Assembly (NCBI GenBank): GCA_000146045.2
Contig: BK006943.2
Span: forward strand, 608,001 to 672,000
Source of the DNA: TPA_inf: Saccharomyces
Lineage: Eukaryota
Length of the DNA stretch: 64,000 nucleotides
Direction of reading: 5' to 3'
Part shown: positions 11,157 to 21,584 of the stretch, in pieces
How the letters are laid out: every line of letters starts with the position of its first letter
How positions within the stretch are numbered: the first letter of the stretch is position 1
Program-made: the position numbers and the translations under genes
The notes under the pieces: generated by a model
Seen by the model: the letters and a program-made list of their open reading frames with translations, nothing else
Databases searched by the model: none
Told to the model about the DNA's origin: nothing

Positions 11157-11765
11157 TTAAACAACCTTAATGGCAATTACTTTATCATTTTCATCTTTCA
11201 GCATTGTGGCCCTATTTCTATCGCATAGGGGCTTCAAACAATAATAGAGCAAGCTTTCGGGCATTCTATGGAACTCCCAATTGACTGTTTCATCACCTTC
11301 ACTCAATTCGTATAACGTAATGACTTGATTCAGTTTTCCAGAGTCTTCGAACCACTGTAGTATCAAAGAAGCCCAACTGTCTAAGCTCTTCCATAATATA
11401 AAATATCTCGTAGTGGTGGTATTGCTGCTTCTCCTACCACTTTGGTCAATCGGTAAGCATTTGCCTTCTTTGGTCATTTGCGACCAAATTTCATCAATAA
11501 ATACCTGTGATACAGATCTTTGGATGTCCTCATTATTAAAAAGATTTTTCGAGATTTTTTTTGAATCGTCATTATCTGTACTTCCACTATCTAGTTCGTT
11601 GTCATTGATTACAGTCCCGTCAACAGACATGTACCAAATTTTCTTGGTCTTGCAATATTGTGATATGATGTCTATCCACGTACTTATCTGTTGTCTCCTT
11701 GTTAAAGAATTGGGTTGACGGGTATATAGTGGAGGGAATGAGTATACTGGAGGTAATGCAGACAT
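11157..11765 (-). CDS. VPS25: ESCRT-II subunit
   Basis: 202-aa ORF starting at ATG (MSALPPVYSFPPLYTRQPN...), with the tandem winged-helix ESCRT-II Vps25 architecture. Confidence 0.88.
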   Translation of the reverse strand: MSALPPVYSFPPLYTRQPNSLTRRQQISTWIDIISQYCKTKKIWYMSVDGTVINDNELDSGSTDNDDSKKISKNLFNNEDIQRSVSQVFIDEIWSQMTKEGKCLPIDQSGRRSSNTTTTRYFILWKSLDSWASLILQWFEDSGKLNQVITLYELSEGDETVNWEFHRMPESLLYYCLKPLCDRNRATMLKDENDKVIAIKVV

Positions 11766-12753
11766 AATACACTTGCTATATTAGCGCAACAAGAATAATT
11801 CTGAGTGATGCTTTGAATTCAAATGGTTTAGTTGAGAAAATGTTAAAGAAATAACTGGACAAGCGAACTGCCTGCAAAAATTTTTGACAACCTTTCTGAT
11901 ATGCTTAACTTTTATGAATTAGGTATTTTTCTTAAGGGACAACAAATCCAGAAGAACGAAATTATTTGAGGAACCAGTTAAAAAGGTTATTTAACGAACA
12001 CTATTAATGCAAAAAAATCTCTTGTACATGTTCATTACTCTATTCATGGGGTGTAATCATTTGTAGGCACAAAATGCAGACTCTTCAGTAGAAAGGAGCA
12101 AGTTCGATGAACAGTCCTTAGCTAACGCAAATATCTAAAAAAATATTCATATGAAGACTCTTTCTATCTACTATAGTTTACAAATATAATACTGTATATA
12201 AGACCATTTATTGGCTTAAAAGATTTTAACCAAGAGCAATCCTATGGAACGTTCTGTCCCACTTCACTCAAGTTTTTGAAAGGGTAAAAATTAAAAAAAT
12301 TATAGAATTAACAGTAAAATGTGCTACGTTCCAAAAAAAAAAAATATGCACTATAGTATATTACTACATGTAATACTTCGGTCAAATACACTGGGAGTAA
12401 GTGAAAATAGAGATTGTTATCTCCATTAGTTTCTTCACATTCAATAACTACTTTTTCCGTATGAGGCGCTTACCTCATCAAAATGAAGAAAAAAAAAAGT
12501 ATATAAGCAGCGTGATTGTCCGATCGAAATCTTTCATTTCTCACCCTCTCTCTCTTTAAACAGTCGCCCACACGTTCCCTCTTTTTTTTTTTCGATTGTT
12601 TTAGTTCCCCCCCTGCCTTTTCTTCTTTATCTTGTCCTTTTTAGTTTATCACATTTTTTTTGTTTTTGAGTATTTATCTTGTATCTAACTGTCTATCTGA
12701 CTAGGAATCAATTTGTAAAGTTCTAAAAAAAAATTTAAAGGCGGCTATTGAAA

Positions 12754-14490
12754 ATGAAATACGTTGTTGTTTCTGGTGGTGTTATCTCAGGTATTGGTAA
12801 GGGTGTTTTAGCGTCCTCTACAGGGATGCTACTGAAAACCCTCGGCCTAAAGGTTACTTCCATCAAGATTGACCCATATATGAATATTGACGCCGGGACG
12901 ATGTCTCCCTTGGAACATGGTGAGTGTTTTGTACTTGATGATGGTGGGGAAACGGACTTGGATCTCGGTAATTACGAGCGGTACCTCGGTATTACCTTAA
13001 GCAGGGACCACAACATCACCACCGGTAAGATATACTCCCACGTAATTTCCAGAGAAAGGAGAGGTGATTATTTAGGTAAGACAGTTCAAATTGTTCCTCA
13101 TTTGACTAACGCAATTCAGGATTGGATTCAACGTGTTTCAAAAATTCCAGTGGATGACACAGGATTAGAACCAGACGTCTGTATCATCGAGTTAGGTGGT
13201 ACGGTCGGTGACATTGAGAGTGCGCCCTTCGTGGAAGCATTACGACAATTTCAGTTCGAAGTTGGAAGAGAGAATTTCGCCCTGATCCATGTTTCACTTG
13301 TGCCCGTCATTCATGGTGAACAGAAGACGAAACCCACCCAAGCAGCAATCAAAGATTTAAGGTCATTAGGGCTTATTCCCGATATGATTGCCTGCAGATG
13401 CAGCGAAGAACTTAACAGGAGCACTATTGACAAGATTGCCATGTTTTGCCATGTGGGGCCGGAGCAAGTGGTCAACGTTCATGATGTTAACTCCACGTAC
13501 CACGTTCCCTTATTGCTGCTAAAGCAACATATGATCGACTACCTCCATTCAAGGTTGAAATTAGGTGAAGTGCCTCTAACCTTGGAAGACAAGGAAAGAG
13601 GGTCTCAATTATTGACTAACTGGGAAAACATGACCAAAAACCTAGATGATTCTGATGATGTTGTCAAGATTGCTCTTGTGGGAAAATACACTAATTTGAA
13701 GGATTCCTACCTATCTGTGACCAAATCCTTAGAACACGCAAGCATGAAGTGCCGTCGTCAGCTAGAAATCCTCTGGGTAGAGGCAAGTAACCTAGAGCCC
13801 GAAACTCAAGAGGTGGACAAGAACAAGTTCCACGATTCATGGAATAAGCTCAGTTCCGCCGACGGAATTTTGGTTCCTGGTGGATTTGGCACGAGAGGTA
13901 TTGAAGGTATGATTCTTGCTGCCAAATGGGCCCGTGAATCCGGTGTTCCCTTTCTTGGTGTCTGTCTTGGATTACAAGTTGCCGCTATCGAGTTCGCCCG
14001 CAATGTGATAGGCCGCCCAAACAGCAGTTCTACAGAATTTTTGGACGAGACACTACTAGCTCCTGAAGACCAAGTAGTCATATACATGCCCGAGATCGAC
14101 AAGGAACACATGGGTGGCACGATGAGATTGGGTTTGAGGCCTACCATTTTCCAACCGAACTCAGAATGGAGCAACATAAGGAAGCTTTATGGTGAAGTTA
14201 ATGAGGTGCATGAGAGACATCGTCATCGCTATGAGATAAACCCGAAAATAGTGAATGATATGGAGTCTCGTGGCTTTATTTTTGTTGGTAAGGACGAGAC
14301 GGGCCAGCGTTGCGAAATATTCGAATTGAAAGGCCATCCATACTACGTGGGCACTCAATACCATCCAGAGTATACATCGAAGGTGCTGGAACCATCAAGA
14401 CCGTTTTGGGGGCTTGTGGCCGCAGCCTCCGGCACACTTGGTGAAGTGATCAAGGACATAAATCTAAGCGAGGGAAATGAAAATGAATGA
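12754..14490 (+). CDS. URA8: CTP synthase (N-terminal synthetase domain plus C-terminal class I glutamine amidotransferase domain)
   Basis: The track ORF starts at a TTG at 12748; the ATG is at 12754 ([17 protein letters not shown]...), giving 578 aa. GATase catalytic Cys (GVCLGLQ) and His/Glu (YHPEY) are present. Assigned to the URA8 paralogue from the neighbouring genes. Confidence 0.9.
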
Positions 14491-14549
14491 ATTGATGCGC
14501 TTACTACTTACTTACATACGGTTTTTATTCAAGTATATTATCATTAACA

Positions 14550-15014
14550 TTAGTTGGTTAGACCAATGACACCACAGGCTGGTCTTGGACCGGCATTACC
14601 AGTCTTCAAAGATTCTTCAGTGTCACCCTTACCTAAGTCATCTTGGCCGGCGTGGATAACGACGCTTCTGCCTACAACGGAGGTAGGACCGATAAGCTTG
14701 ATCAAAGAGTCCTTGAAGGAGCCCTTGGCCACACCATTTTCGTCCGTCTTTACGTTACCCATGTCACCGACATGTCTGACTTCGTCAGTTGGAGCACCAT
14801 GTGTCTTCTTGAAAGGATTGAAGTGAGGACCAGCAGAGACACAACCATTGGTGGCATCTCCAAACTCATGAATGTGGAACCCACGTTCTGCGTTAGGACT
14901 GTTACCAGCGATCTCGTAAGAGACAGTGGTTGGCTCGGATTCGGAAGCCTGTTCGAACTTGACAACACCAGAGACACCGGCATCACCCTTTAACACTGCG
15001 ACTGCTTGAACCAT
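14550..15014 (-). CDS. SOD1: Cu/Zn superoxide dismutase
   Basis: 154 aa, [20 protein letters not shown]...[13 protein letters not shown]. Has all the Cu/Zn ligand histidines (HIHEFGD, HVGDMGN). Confidence 0.97.
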
Positions 15015-15580
15015 TATAAATTAATTATGTTTTATTTGTTTGCGCGATTGCTTTCTTGCCTGTTTTTCCGCAACATAGTTACAGCTAAACATTTGCCCAA
15101 AACCATCTTCTTATATATATATCTGCGATGGCGAGCCCAGCGGAAGGGATGTCCGCTTACTAATTCCGACACACCGGTTTAACCCCCCGGCGTGCTGGGG
15201 TGGGTGCCCCTAAGGGAGCGGGTTCTGTACTTCCAGTAAGCGGCATTTGCGCTGTCATCGCCTTATCGAACCCGCTACTGAGATCATGTCCTGAGTGGGT
15301 GAGTCGCACGCCCAATCGGCTGCACTTCAGAGATACTTACGTCCAATTTCGCATCATGCCAATATTACCTGTGGAAGTTGAAACTTTTTTTGCAGATGCC
15401 GATAATTTTCACATGGATGAGTCGCAGTGTCGTCGTACGTGATGAGGGCAGGCTTGAAAATTATTCTTCGAGCCCAATTCTCTTTACTTATAGGCATGCC
15501 ATGTCTAATTAGGTAGTCATCTCAGTTTATCTTGTGCAGGGTAGAACCAAAGATAACAGCAAAAGAAAGAGCAAGCAATT

Positions 15581-16603
15581 ATGACCGCACCATTGGTAGT
15601 ATTGGGTAACCCACTTTTAGATTTCCAAGCCGACGTCACGGCTGAATACCTGGCCAAGTATTCTCTAAAGGAAAACGACGCAATTTTGGTCGATGCCAAA
15701 TCAGGCGATGCTAAGATGGCTATTTTTGACGAGCTCTTACAGATGCCAGAAACAAAGCTTGTTGCAGGTGGTGCTGCTCAAAACACTGCTAGAGGGGCAG
15801 CATACGTTTTGGGCGCCGGCCAGGTGGTGTACTTCGGTTCCGTCGGTAAGGACAAGTTCAGCGAGAGATTGCTTAACGAAAACGAAAAAGCTGGTGTCAA
15901 GTCTATGTACCAAGTTCAAAATGATATTGGTACCGGTAAGTGTGCCGCATTAATCACTGGCCATAACCGGTCCTTGGTCACTGACTTGGGTGCTGCCAAT
16001 TTCTTTACTCCAGACCACTTGGACAAGCATTGGGACTTGGTCGAAGCAGCTAAGCTCTTCTACATCGGTGGTTTCCACTTGACCGTGTCTCCAGACGCTA
16101 TCGTTAAGTTGGGCCAACATGCTAAAGAGAACAGCAAACCTTTCGTGTTGAACTTTAGTGCTCCTTTCATTCCTCATGTCTTCAAAGACGCATTGGCCAG
16201 AGTTTTGCCTTATGCTACCGTCATCATCGCTAACGAATCGGAGGCCGAAGCCTTTTGCGACGCCTTCCAATTAGACTGTGCCAACACTGATTTGGAAGCT
16301 ATTGCTCAAAGAATTGTCAAGGACTCTCCAGTTGAAAAGACTGTCATCTTCACCCACGGTGTCGAACCAACAGTGGTCGTGTCCTCCAAGGGTACCAGCA
16401 CATATCCAGTCAAACCTTTGGACTCTTCTAAGATCGTCGACACCAACGGTGCTGGTGACGCCTTCGCTGGTGGCTTTATGGCTGGGTTGACTAAAGGTGA
16501 AGATTTGGAAACCTCTATTGACATGGGTCAATGGCTAGCTGCTTTGTCTATTCAAGAAGTTGGTCCCTCTTACCCTTCCGAAAAAATATCTTACTCTAAA
16601 TAG
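15581..16603 (+). CDS. ADO1: Adenosine kinase (PfkB ribokinase family)
   Basis: 340 aa starting at ATG. Has the PfkB motifs (GGAAQN, DTNGAGDAFAGGF). Confidence 0.93.
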   Translation: MTAPLVVLGNPLLDFQADVTAEYLAKYSLKENDAILVDAKSGDAKMAIFDELLQMPETKLVAGGAAQNTARGAAYVLGAGQVVYFGSVGKDKFSERLLNENEKAGVKSMYQVQNDIGTGKCAALITGHNRSLVTDLGAANFFTPDHLDKHWDLVEAAKLFYIGGFHLTVSPDAIVKLGQHAKENSKPFVLNFSAPFIPHVFKDALARVLPYATVIIANESEAEAFCDAFQLDCANTDLEAIAQRIVKDSPVEKTVIFTHGVEPTVVVSSKGTSTYPVKPLDSSKIVDTNGAGDAFAGGFMAGLTKGEDLETSIDMGQWLAALSIQEVGPSYPSEKISYSK

Positions 16604-16837
16604 ATTCTTCTTACAATATAATAGAAATAAAATATACTCTACGTGTTCCCTCTAGCTTTTCATTCGTAGACATGTTTACCGCTTGTTCTTAAACCAAATA
16701 AGCCACCGTTACCACAATAAGGAAAAGAGGCGCTATAAAGTACAGCTTCAAGAAAAAAGGACAAGCAGCGCTAAGAACAAAATACTCGTTCATCCTCTCC
16801 ACATACGGCCGTACACAAGCAACAATAACACAATAAT

Positions 16838-19015
16838 ATGGACTGGGCAATCAATGTCGCCCATCCACGATTACTTTACAAGGATCCTAAACTTTCAGTA
16901 ACGTTTATTGTGCCGAGCTTATTTCATATCATTATTGCTTTCGTGTTATTAGGAATATGTGCATCCGATTTTCTTTGCCCCAACGTGGCCCATATATCAG
17001 ATCCCAACAGCCTTCGATCGAATGGTTCTTTAGTCTCAAAAACGGCGTCCCATGCATCTCATACTGGGGCATTAATGGCAGTTCTACTATCTTGGTGTAA
17101 CTCTTCGCCTGACCTATTTTCCAACTTAATGAGCTGGGCAACCTCTACGAGAGAAACAAGGTCAACCTCAGTATCGCTATCAATTGGTGAGGTGCTTGGC
17201 GCTTGCGGCATTATCCTGTGCATTGTAGAGGGCTCCATTTTTATTATTATGTCAAGAACTCACATTGAAATCTCGCAAATTCAAAAACTATCCATCATGA
17301 GAGACTTGTTATTTTCTTTAGCTGCCATGTGCGTAATGAGTTACGTTTCCCTTATGAATCAGGTCACTGTGCTGAATTGCCTTTTGATGGCGTTCCTTTA
17401 TGCCTTTTATCTAGTCGTTAAGTTAACTTTCAAGCTTAATCATTCTGCAGAAACCCCAGATGAAACTGCTGCGGATACGAGCCTCAGAGAAAACTCCGTT
17501 TCTCCTTTTTTGGATGACTCTCTGATGGCTTCTGGTTTACTACCACCAATACAACCTGGCTTTGACATATCCAATTCTATAACACACGGCATTAAGCCTA
17601 GTTTGCTATCTGCTATGGATTTCAATAGTTTCTTATCAATGCTTGAAAACTCATCTTTGGAGGAGGATGACTCAAGGAATGAAATGGCAGAATTGAACAC
17701 TCTACGTAGCATGACGCCGGGACAACATTGGTCCGCCTCTGCAACAGTTGCAGGAGAGGCAACGAGTGCTGGAAGACCTTTCAGTGAGCCAACGAATGCG
17801 TTTACGGAATATAGAGATTCTGAAAGAGCAATAAATAGTTCCCCAGCGGTGTTCGCCCCCTACCGTGACAACCCTGATGATGAAGAGTCTCAAGAGCAAG
17901 TATTATTGGAGACAACAACGCATGGTCATTTTGGTGCGCAAGAAATGCGAAGGTTCTCCAAAAGGTCTCTGGGCTGGATTATAAAAATTTTCATACCACA
18001 TCTCTCAAATTTTTCCCAGAAATCCATCTCAGATGCGATCTTTTCCATAATAACTGTTCCGTTTTTCATTATTTTCAAACTATCATGTCCTCAACCGCCT
18101 TCAGATATTTTGAGTTATGATCCCACTTTGAACAGATACTCTTTAACAACGTTACCCATAATTTTATTATTTATCCAATCAATTACTGCACCCTTCCTCC
18201 TTTGCAGTATACTTTCTGTGCTTTTGACATATCATCTAGGCTATCTCGTTTACCTTTTCCCTCTTATATTAGCTATGGCCTTAATTTTACTATTGACGGC
18301 TTTTATTACAAAGGTAAATCTGCATAACAAGTTTACTCTGTCATTAGACAGCTCTAACATTTTACAGGAAAAGCTACAAAAAAGAAAACTCCTCGAAAGG
18401 CTTAACACAAGCATCCAAATAATTTTTCTAGCTATCGGCATAATAAATATCATAATTTGGATATCACTTTTAGCCAATTCTCTTATTGAGATGATGGAAA
18501 TTTACCAAAAAATATTAGGATTATCGAAAGCTATTTTGGGCCTTACCATTTTCGCATGGGGCAACTCAGTAGGAGACTTGATCTCCAACATATCTATGTG
18601 CAGGCTCTACAAAACCCAAACTCACTACCAAGACAGAGTTCGTTTAGCCACAAAATTTTTTATGATATCATGCGCATCTTGCTTAGGAGGCGTAATGCTG
18701 AATTCTATGGGTGGAATAGGCTTTAGTGGGCTAGTATCAATGCTTTTTATTGGCGCTTTTAATGATAACGAATGGTGGTTCCTAAGAAAGGTTAAATTAC
18801 AAGAAACAAGTCAATTGGATAATACATTAAATTACAAATTCATAGTTTCTTGCGTCTTCATTATCCTACAGATTATTCTCTTGCTGTTATTCTTCGGAGG
18901 GCCTAACAATATTAAACGGCGCCTCACAAAGGAGATGAAGTTAGTCGGAATCTCTATGTGCGGACTATGGGCACTAGCCACGTTGATTAATATACTTCTA
19001 GAACTGTTTAGCTAA
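16838..19015 (+). CDS. ECM27: Na+/Ca2+ exchanger-family polytopic membrane protein
   Basis: 725 aa starting at ATG. Multiple hydrophobic segments with the two alpha-repeat-like regions (GNSVGDL) of CaCA-family exchangers. Confidence 0.83.
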   Translation: MDWAINVAHPRLLYKDPKLSVTFIVPSLFHIIIAFVLLGICASDFLCPNVAHISDPNSLRSNGSLVSKTASHASHTGALMAVLLSWCNSSPDLFSNLMSWATSTRETRSTSVSLSIGEVLGACGIILCIVEGSIFIIMSRTHIEISQIQKLSIMRDLLFSLAAMCVMSYVSLMNQVTVLNCLLMAFLYAFYLVVKLTFKLNHSAETPDETAADTSLRENSVSPFLDDSLMASGLLPPIQPGFDISNSITHGIKPSLLSAMDFNSFLSMLENSSLEEDDSRNEMAELNTLRSMTPGQHWSASATVAGEATSAGRPFSEPTNAFTEYRDSERAINSSPAVFAPYRDNPDDEESQEQVLLETTTHGHFGAQEMRRFSKRSLGWIIKIFIPHLSNFSQKSISDAIFSIITVPFFIIFKLSCPQPPSDILSYDPTLNRYSLTTLPIILLFIQSITAPFLLCSILSVLLTYHLGYLVYLFPLILAMALILLLTAFITKVNLHNKFTLSLDSSNILQEKLQKRKLLERLNTSIQIIFLAIGIINIIIWISLLANSLIEMMEIYQKILGLSKAILGLTIFAWGNSVGDLISNISMCRLYKTQTHYQDRVRLATKFFMISCASCLGGVMLNSMGGIGFSGLVSMLFIGAFNDNEWWFLRKVKLQETSQLDNTLNYKFIVSCVFIILQIILLLLFFGGPNNIKRRLTKEMKLVGISMCGLWALATLINILLELFS

Positions 19016-19294
19016 AGCTTGCAAGAGTGCCTCCCGAAAAATTTGTTTTTGTGACATTTATCTGGCGCCGTAACAGATCCGCGCAGAACACAGAACACCA
19101 AGAAAAGAAGTACTATTTAATTTCAAGATTACTTAGACTCCGTCATTCAAATCGCCCTTTTATTCAAACAAAAATGGGCCATATATTCTTTCTGTCTCAA
19201 CCTTCGTTTCCTTGGATGAATTATTTTGATTGAGCTCCAAAAAAAAAGTTGTAGCCAGGAACTATCCAAAACTTCGATTGAGAAACCCATAACA

Positions 19295-20326
19295 ATGATG
19301 CCTGCCAGACTTTTCATACTATATCTTTTTGTAGTACTCATGCCTGTTGTTCATTGTTCGTCCAACCTGCCCATCACTCCATATATCTATGAGCGTCTAG
19401 TATATTTTATTAAGGCAAGCTCTATATCAAGCTGCATATCTGACAACTTACTTCTTGTTAATAAAACCTTCAACGACGGAGGTTGTCCACCACATATTAA
19501 CTTCTGCAATGATGAGATAATTAACCCAACAGCGGGTCAAACAGTGGTTGAATTAGTTCTTAATGCAAAAAAAGGTGAATTAGGCTCGGGTTATCTGGCT
19601 GTTGACCACGGAAAAAAGGTTGTTATTTTAGCATTTAGAGGATCCACAACAAGACAAGATTGGTTTAGTGATTTTGAAATATATCCTGTTAACTATTCTC
19701 CCCTTTGCGTTAAGGAATATCGTAAGCTTATAGAGGAAGGAAAAATCAGAGAATGTGAAGGTTGTAAAATGCATAGAGGATTTCTAAGGTTCACAGAAAC
19801 TCTCGGGATGGACGTCTTTAAAAAAATGGAGTCGATTCTGGAAAGCTTTCCGGAATATAGGATCGTTGTCACTGGGCACTCCTTGGGGGCAGCATTAGCA
19901 AGTTTGGCTGGGATTGAATTAAAGATAAGAGGCTTTGATCCGTTAGTGCTGACATTCGCAACACCAAAGATATTTAACAGTGAAATGAAACAATGGGTAG
20001 ACGAGTTATTTGAAACAGATGCTATAGAAAAGGAGTCAATTCTTAAAGATGAAATTCAATTTCGTAAGGGCTATTTTAGGGTTGTGCATACAGGTGATTA
20101 TATTCCTATGGTTCCACCATTCTATCATCCGGCTGGTTTAGAGATGTTTATTAACAAAGTTGGTCTACCTCAGAATGCGGAAGATATTGAATACCGTGGT
20201 AAAAATAACAGGTTAACTTTAAAGGATGGATTTCGAGAGGGTATGAGCGGTTTGGTTGAAGACTGGTTACATGTCTATGAACATCGAGCCTACTTCATTG
20301 ACGTAGTGGGATGTTCTGGACTTTAA
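19295..20326 (+). CDS. Class 3 (fungal-type) triacylglycerol lipase-like protein (YJR107W)
   Basis: The track ORF starts at a TTG at 19226. The first ATG at 19295 gives MMPARLFILYLFVVLMPVVHC (signal-peptide-like); an alternative start is the Met at 19340. The lipase_3 nucleophile motif GHSLGAA is present. Confidence 0.8.
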   Translation: MMPARLFILYLFVVLMPVVHCSSNLPITPYIYERLVYFIKASSISSCISDNLLLVNKTFNDGGCPPHINFCNDEIINPTAGQTVVELVLNAKKGELGSGYLAVDHGKKVVILAFRGSTTRQDWFSDFEIYPVNYSPLCVKEYRKLIEEGKIRECEGCKMHRGFLRFTETLGMDVFKKMESILESFPEYRIVVTGHSLGAALASLAGIELKIRGFDPLVLTFATPKIFNSEMKQWVDELFETDAIEKESILKDEIQFRKGYFRVVHTGDYIPMVPPFYHPAGLEMFINKVGLPQNAEDIEYRGKNNRLTLKDGFREGMSGLVEDWLHVYEHRAYFIDVVGCSGL

Positions 20327-20711
20327 CATTCACCCACTTTTACGTTTTTGTCTATAACTAGCATATATAATACCGCTCTAGAGTTACTCTAAACTAAATG
20401 CGACCACTATTCTTAACTAATAATTGTTCTTTTTACAAATAACTCTTTCAAAACTTCTAATCTTTTCTCTTACGTTTTCCATTTATCTGCTCTTCTTCTG
20501 AAACTCTTTTTCCTGCATTGGCCCTCTCTTTGTTACATGAAAGAGGTTTTAGGGTTGGTAATATTTCTGGTTGTAAACTTCTTGAATACACTTGGGTAGC
20601 TAACTGCTTATTCCAGTTCTCCTGGCCACTAATCCCGGCTACGCTTTTGTTGAAATAGTATTCTTCTACAGCATCATAGCTATCATCACACATGTCTACT
20701 AGTTTCCACGT

Positions 20712-21083
20712 ATGTCTTGGAGGTACTCTATCTTGACCGTAGATGGAAGCTTTAAAATTTTCATCCCTTGGGAAATATTCCTCACGTGGAATTTTTTGAG
20801 CGCTGCATGGCTAAATTCTACCGAATCCAATACGTATATCCACTACTCAACATGTTGGGGCACAAGTGATTACACACTTAATATCTCTGTCATAGAAGCT
20901 ACTACAGAGAAATTGGTTGACACTAGATTATTAACAACACTCGAGAATGCAACCGCTTGGATTAACTCAAACTCTATTGATGAAGACGAAGATGATATGC
21001 CTCATGCCACTAACGTAGCAGACCGGCTTGATGGGTTATCCCTTAGCAAGCGCGTATATAGCATCTGTCACTACGAATTTTAG
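20712..21083 (+). CDS. ABM1: Small protein of unknown function (YJR108W, 123 aa)
   Basis: 123-aa ORF starting at ATG. The position and length match YJR108W; no recognisable domain. Confidence 0.6.
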   Translation: MSWRYSILTVDGSFKIFIPWEIFLTWNFLSAAWLNSTESNTYIHYSTCWGTSDYTLNISVIEATTEKLVDTRLLTTLENATAWINSNSIDEDEDDMPHATNVADRLDGLSLSKRVYSICHYEF

Positions 21084-21584
21084 TGCGGATTCTCTCCGTA
21101 GCGTAAACGTTCTCTATACATCATCTACCCATGTTGCTCCACCTAGCAGAACATTTCAGAAAGAAAGAAGTCCAAGTAATGGCCAACAACCAGAAGGACA
21201 GCTTTTTTTATGAAGGCCCCCTACTGCATATTCATTAAGCTTAAGCTTGATCGGTGAAAAATGCTATAATCTACGTGTACTGGTCACATTGTTGCACATC
21301 TCAATTAATCAACGCTCTATTATTATACGGAAGATATAAAGGCATAGTAAATACACTTGCCTGAGGTATTGATTGATGAATTATTTTCCACGGCCCATGC
21401 GTTACTCACTTCGAAAATACATTTGAATTTTAGTGATAAGTTTTGCGATCTACTTTTGTTCAAGATAATAATACTGGGGTAGAATATACACTAAGAAGTC
21501 TCTTTGAAATTAAAAATATCTCTAAAAAAATCCATTATATAATATACAGTAATACAATTAGAGGCAGGTTTTTCTTTTGCACAA

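Noticed and set aside
12748-12753. Extended N-termini in track ORFs (for example MKMKYVVV for URA8, MAQLRRRE for RSM26, MHKKRITI for JHD2, MGNGLFR for RSF2)
   Set aside because: The first codon at these positions is TTG or GTG in the sequence; the track translates alternative starts as M. The CDS starts were moved to the first in-frame ATG, which reproduces the known protein lengths.
20457-20693. 78-aa minus-strand ORF between YJR107W and ABM1
   Set aside because: It is basic and low-complexity with no domain. It overlaps the ABM1 promoter and is probably spurious.
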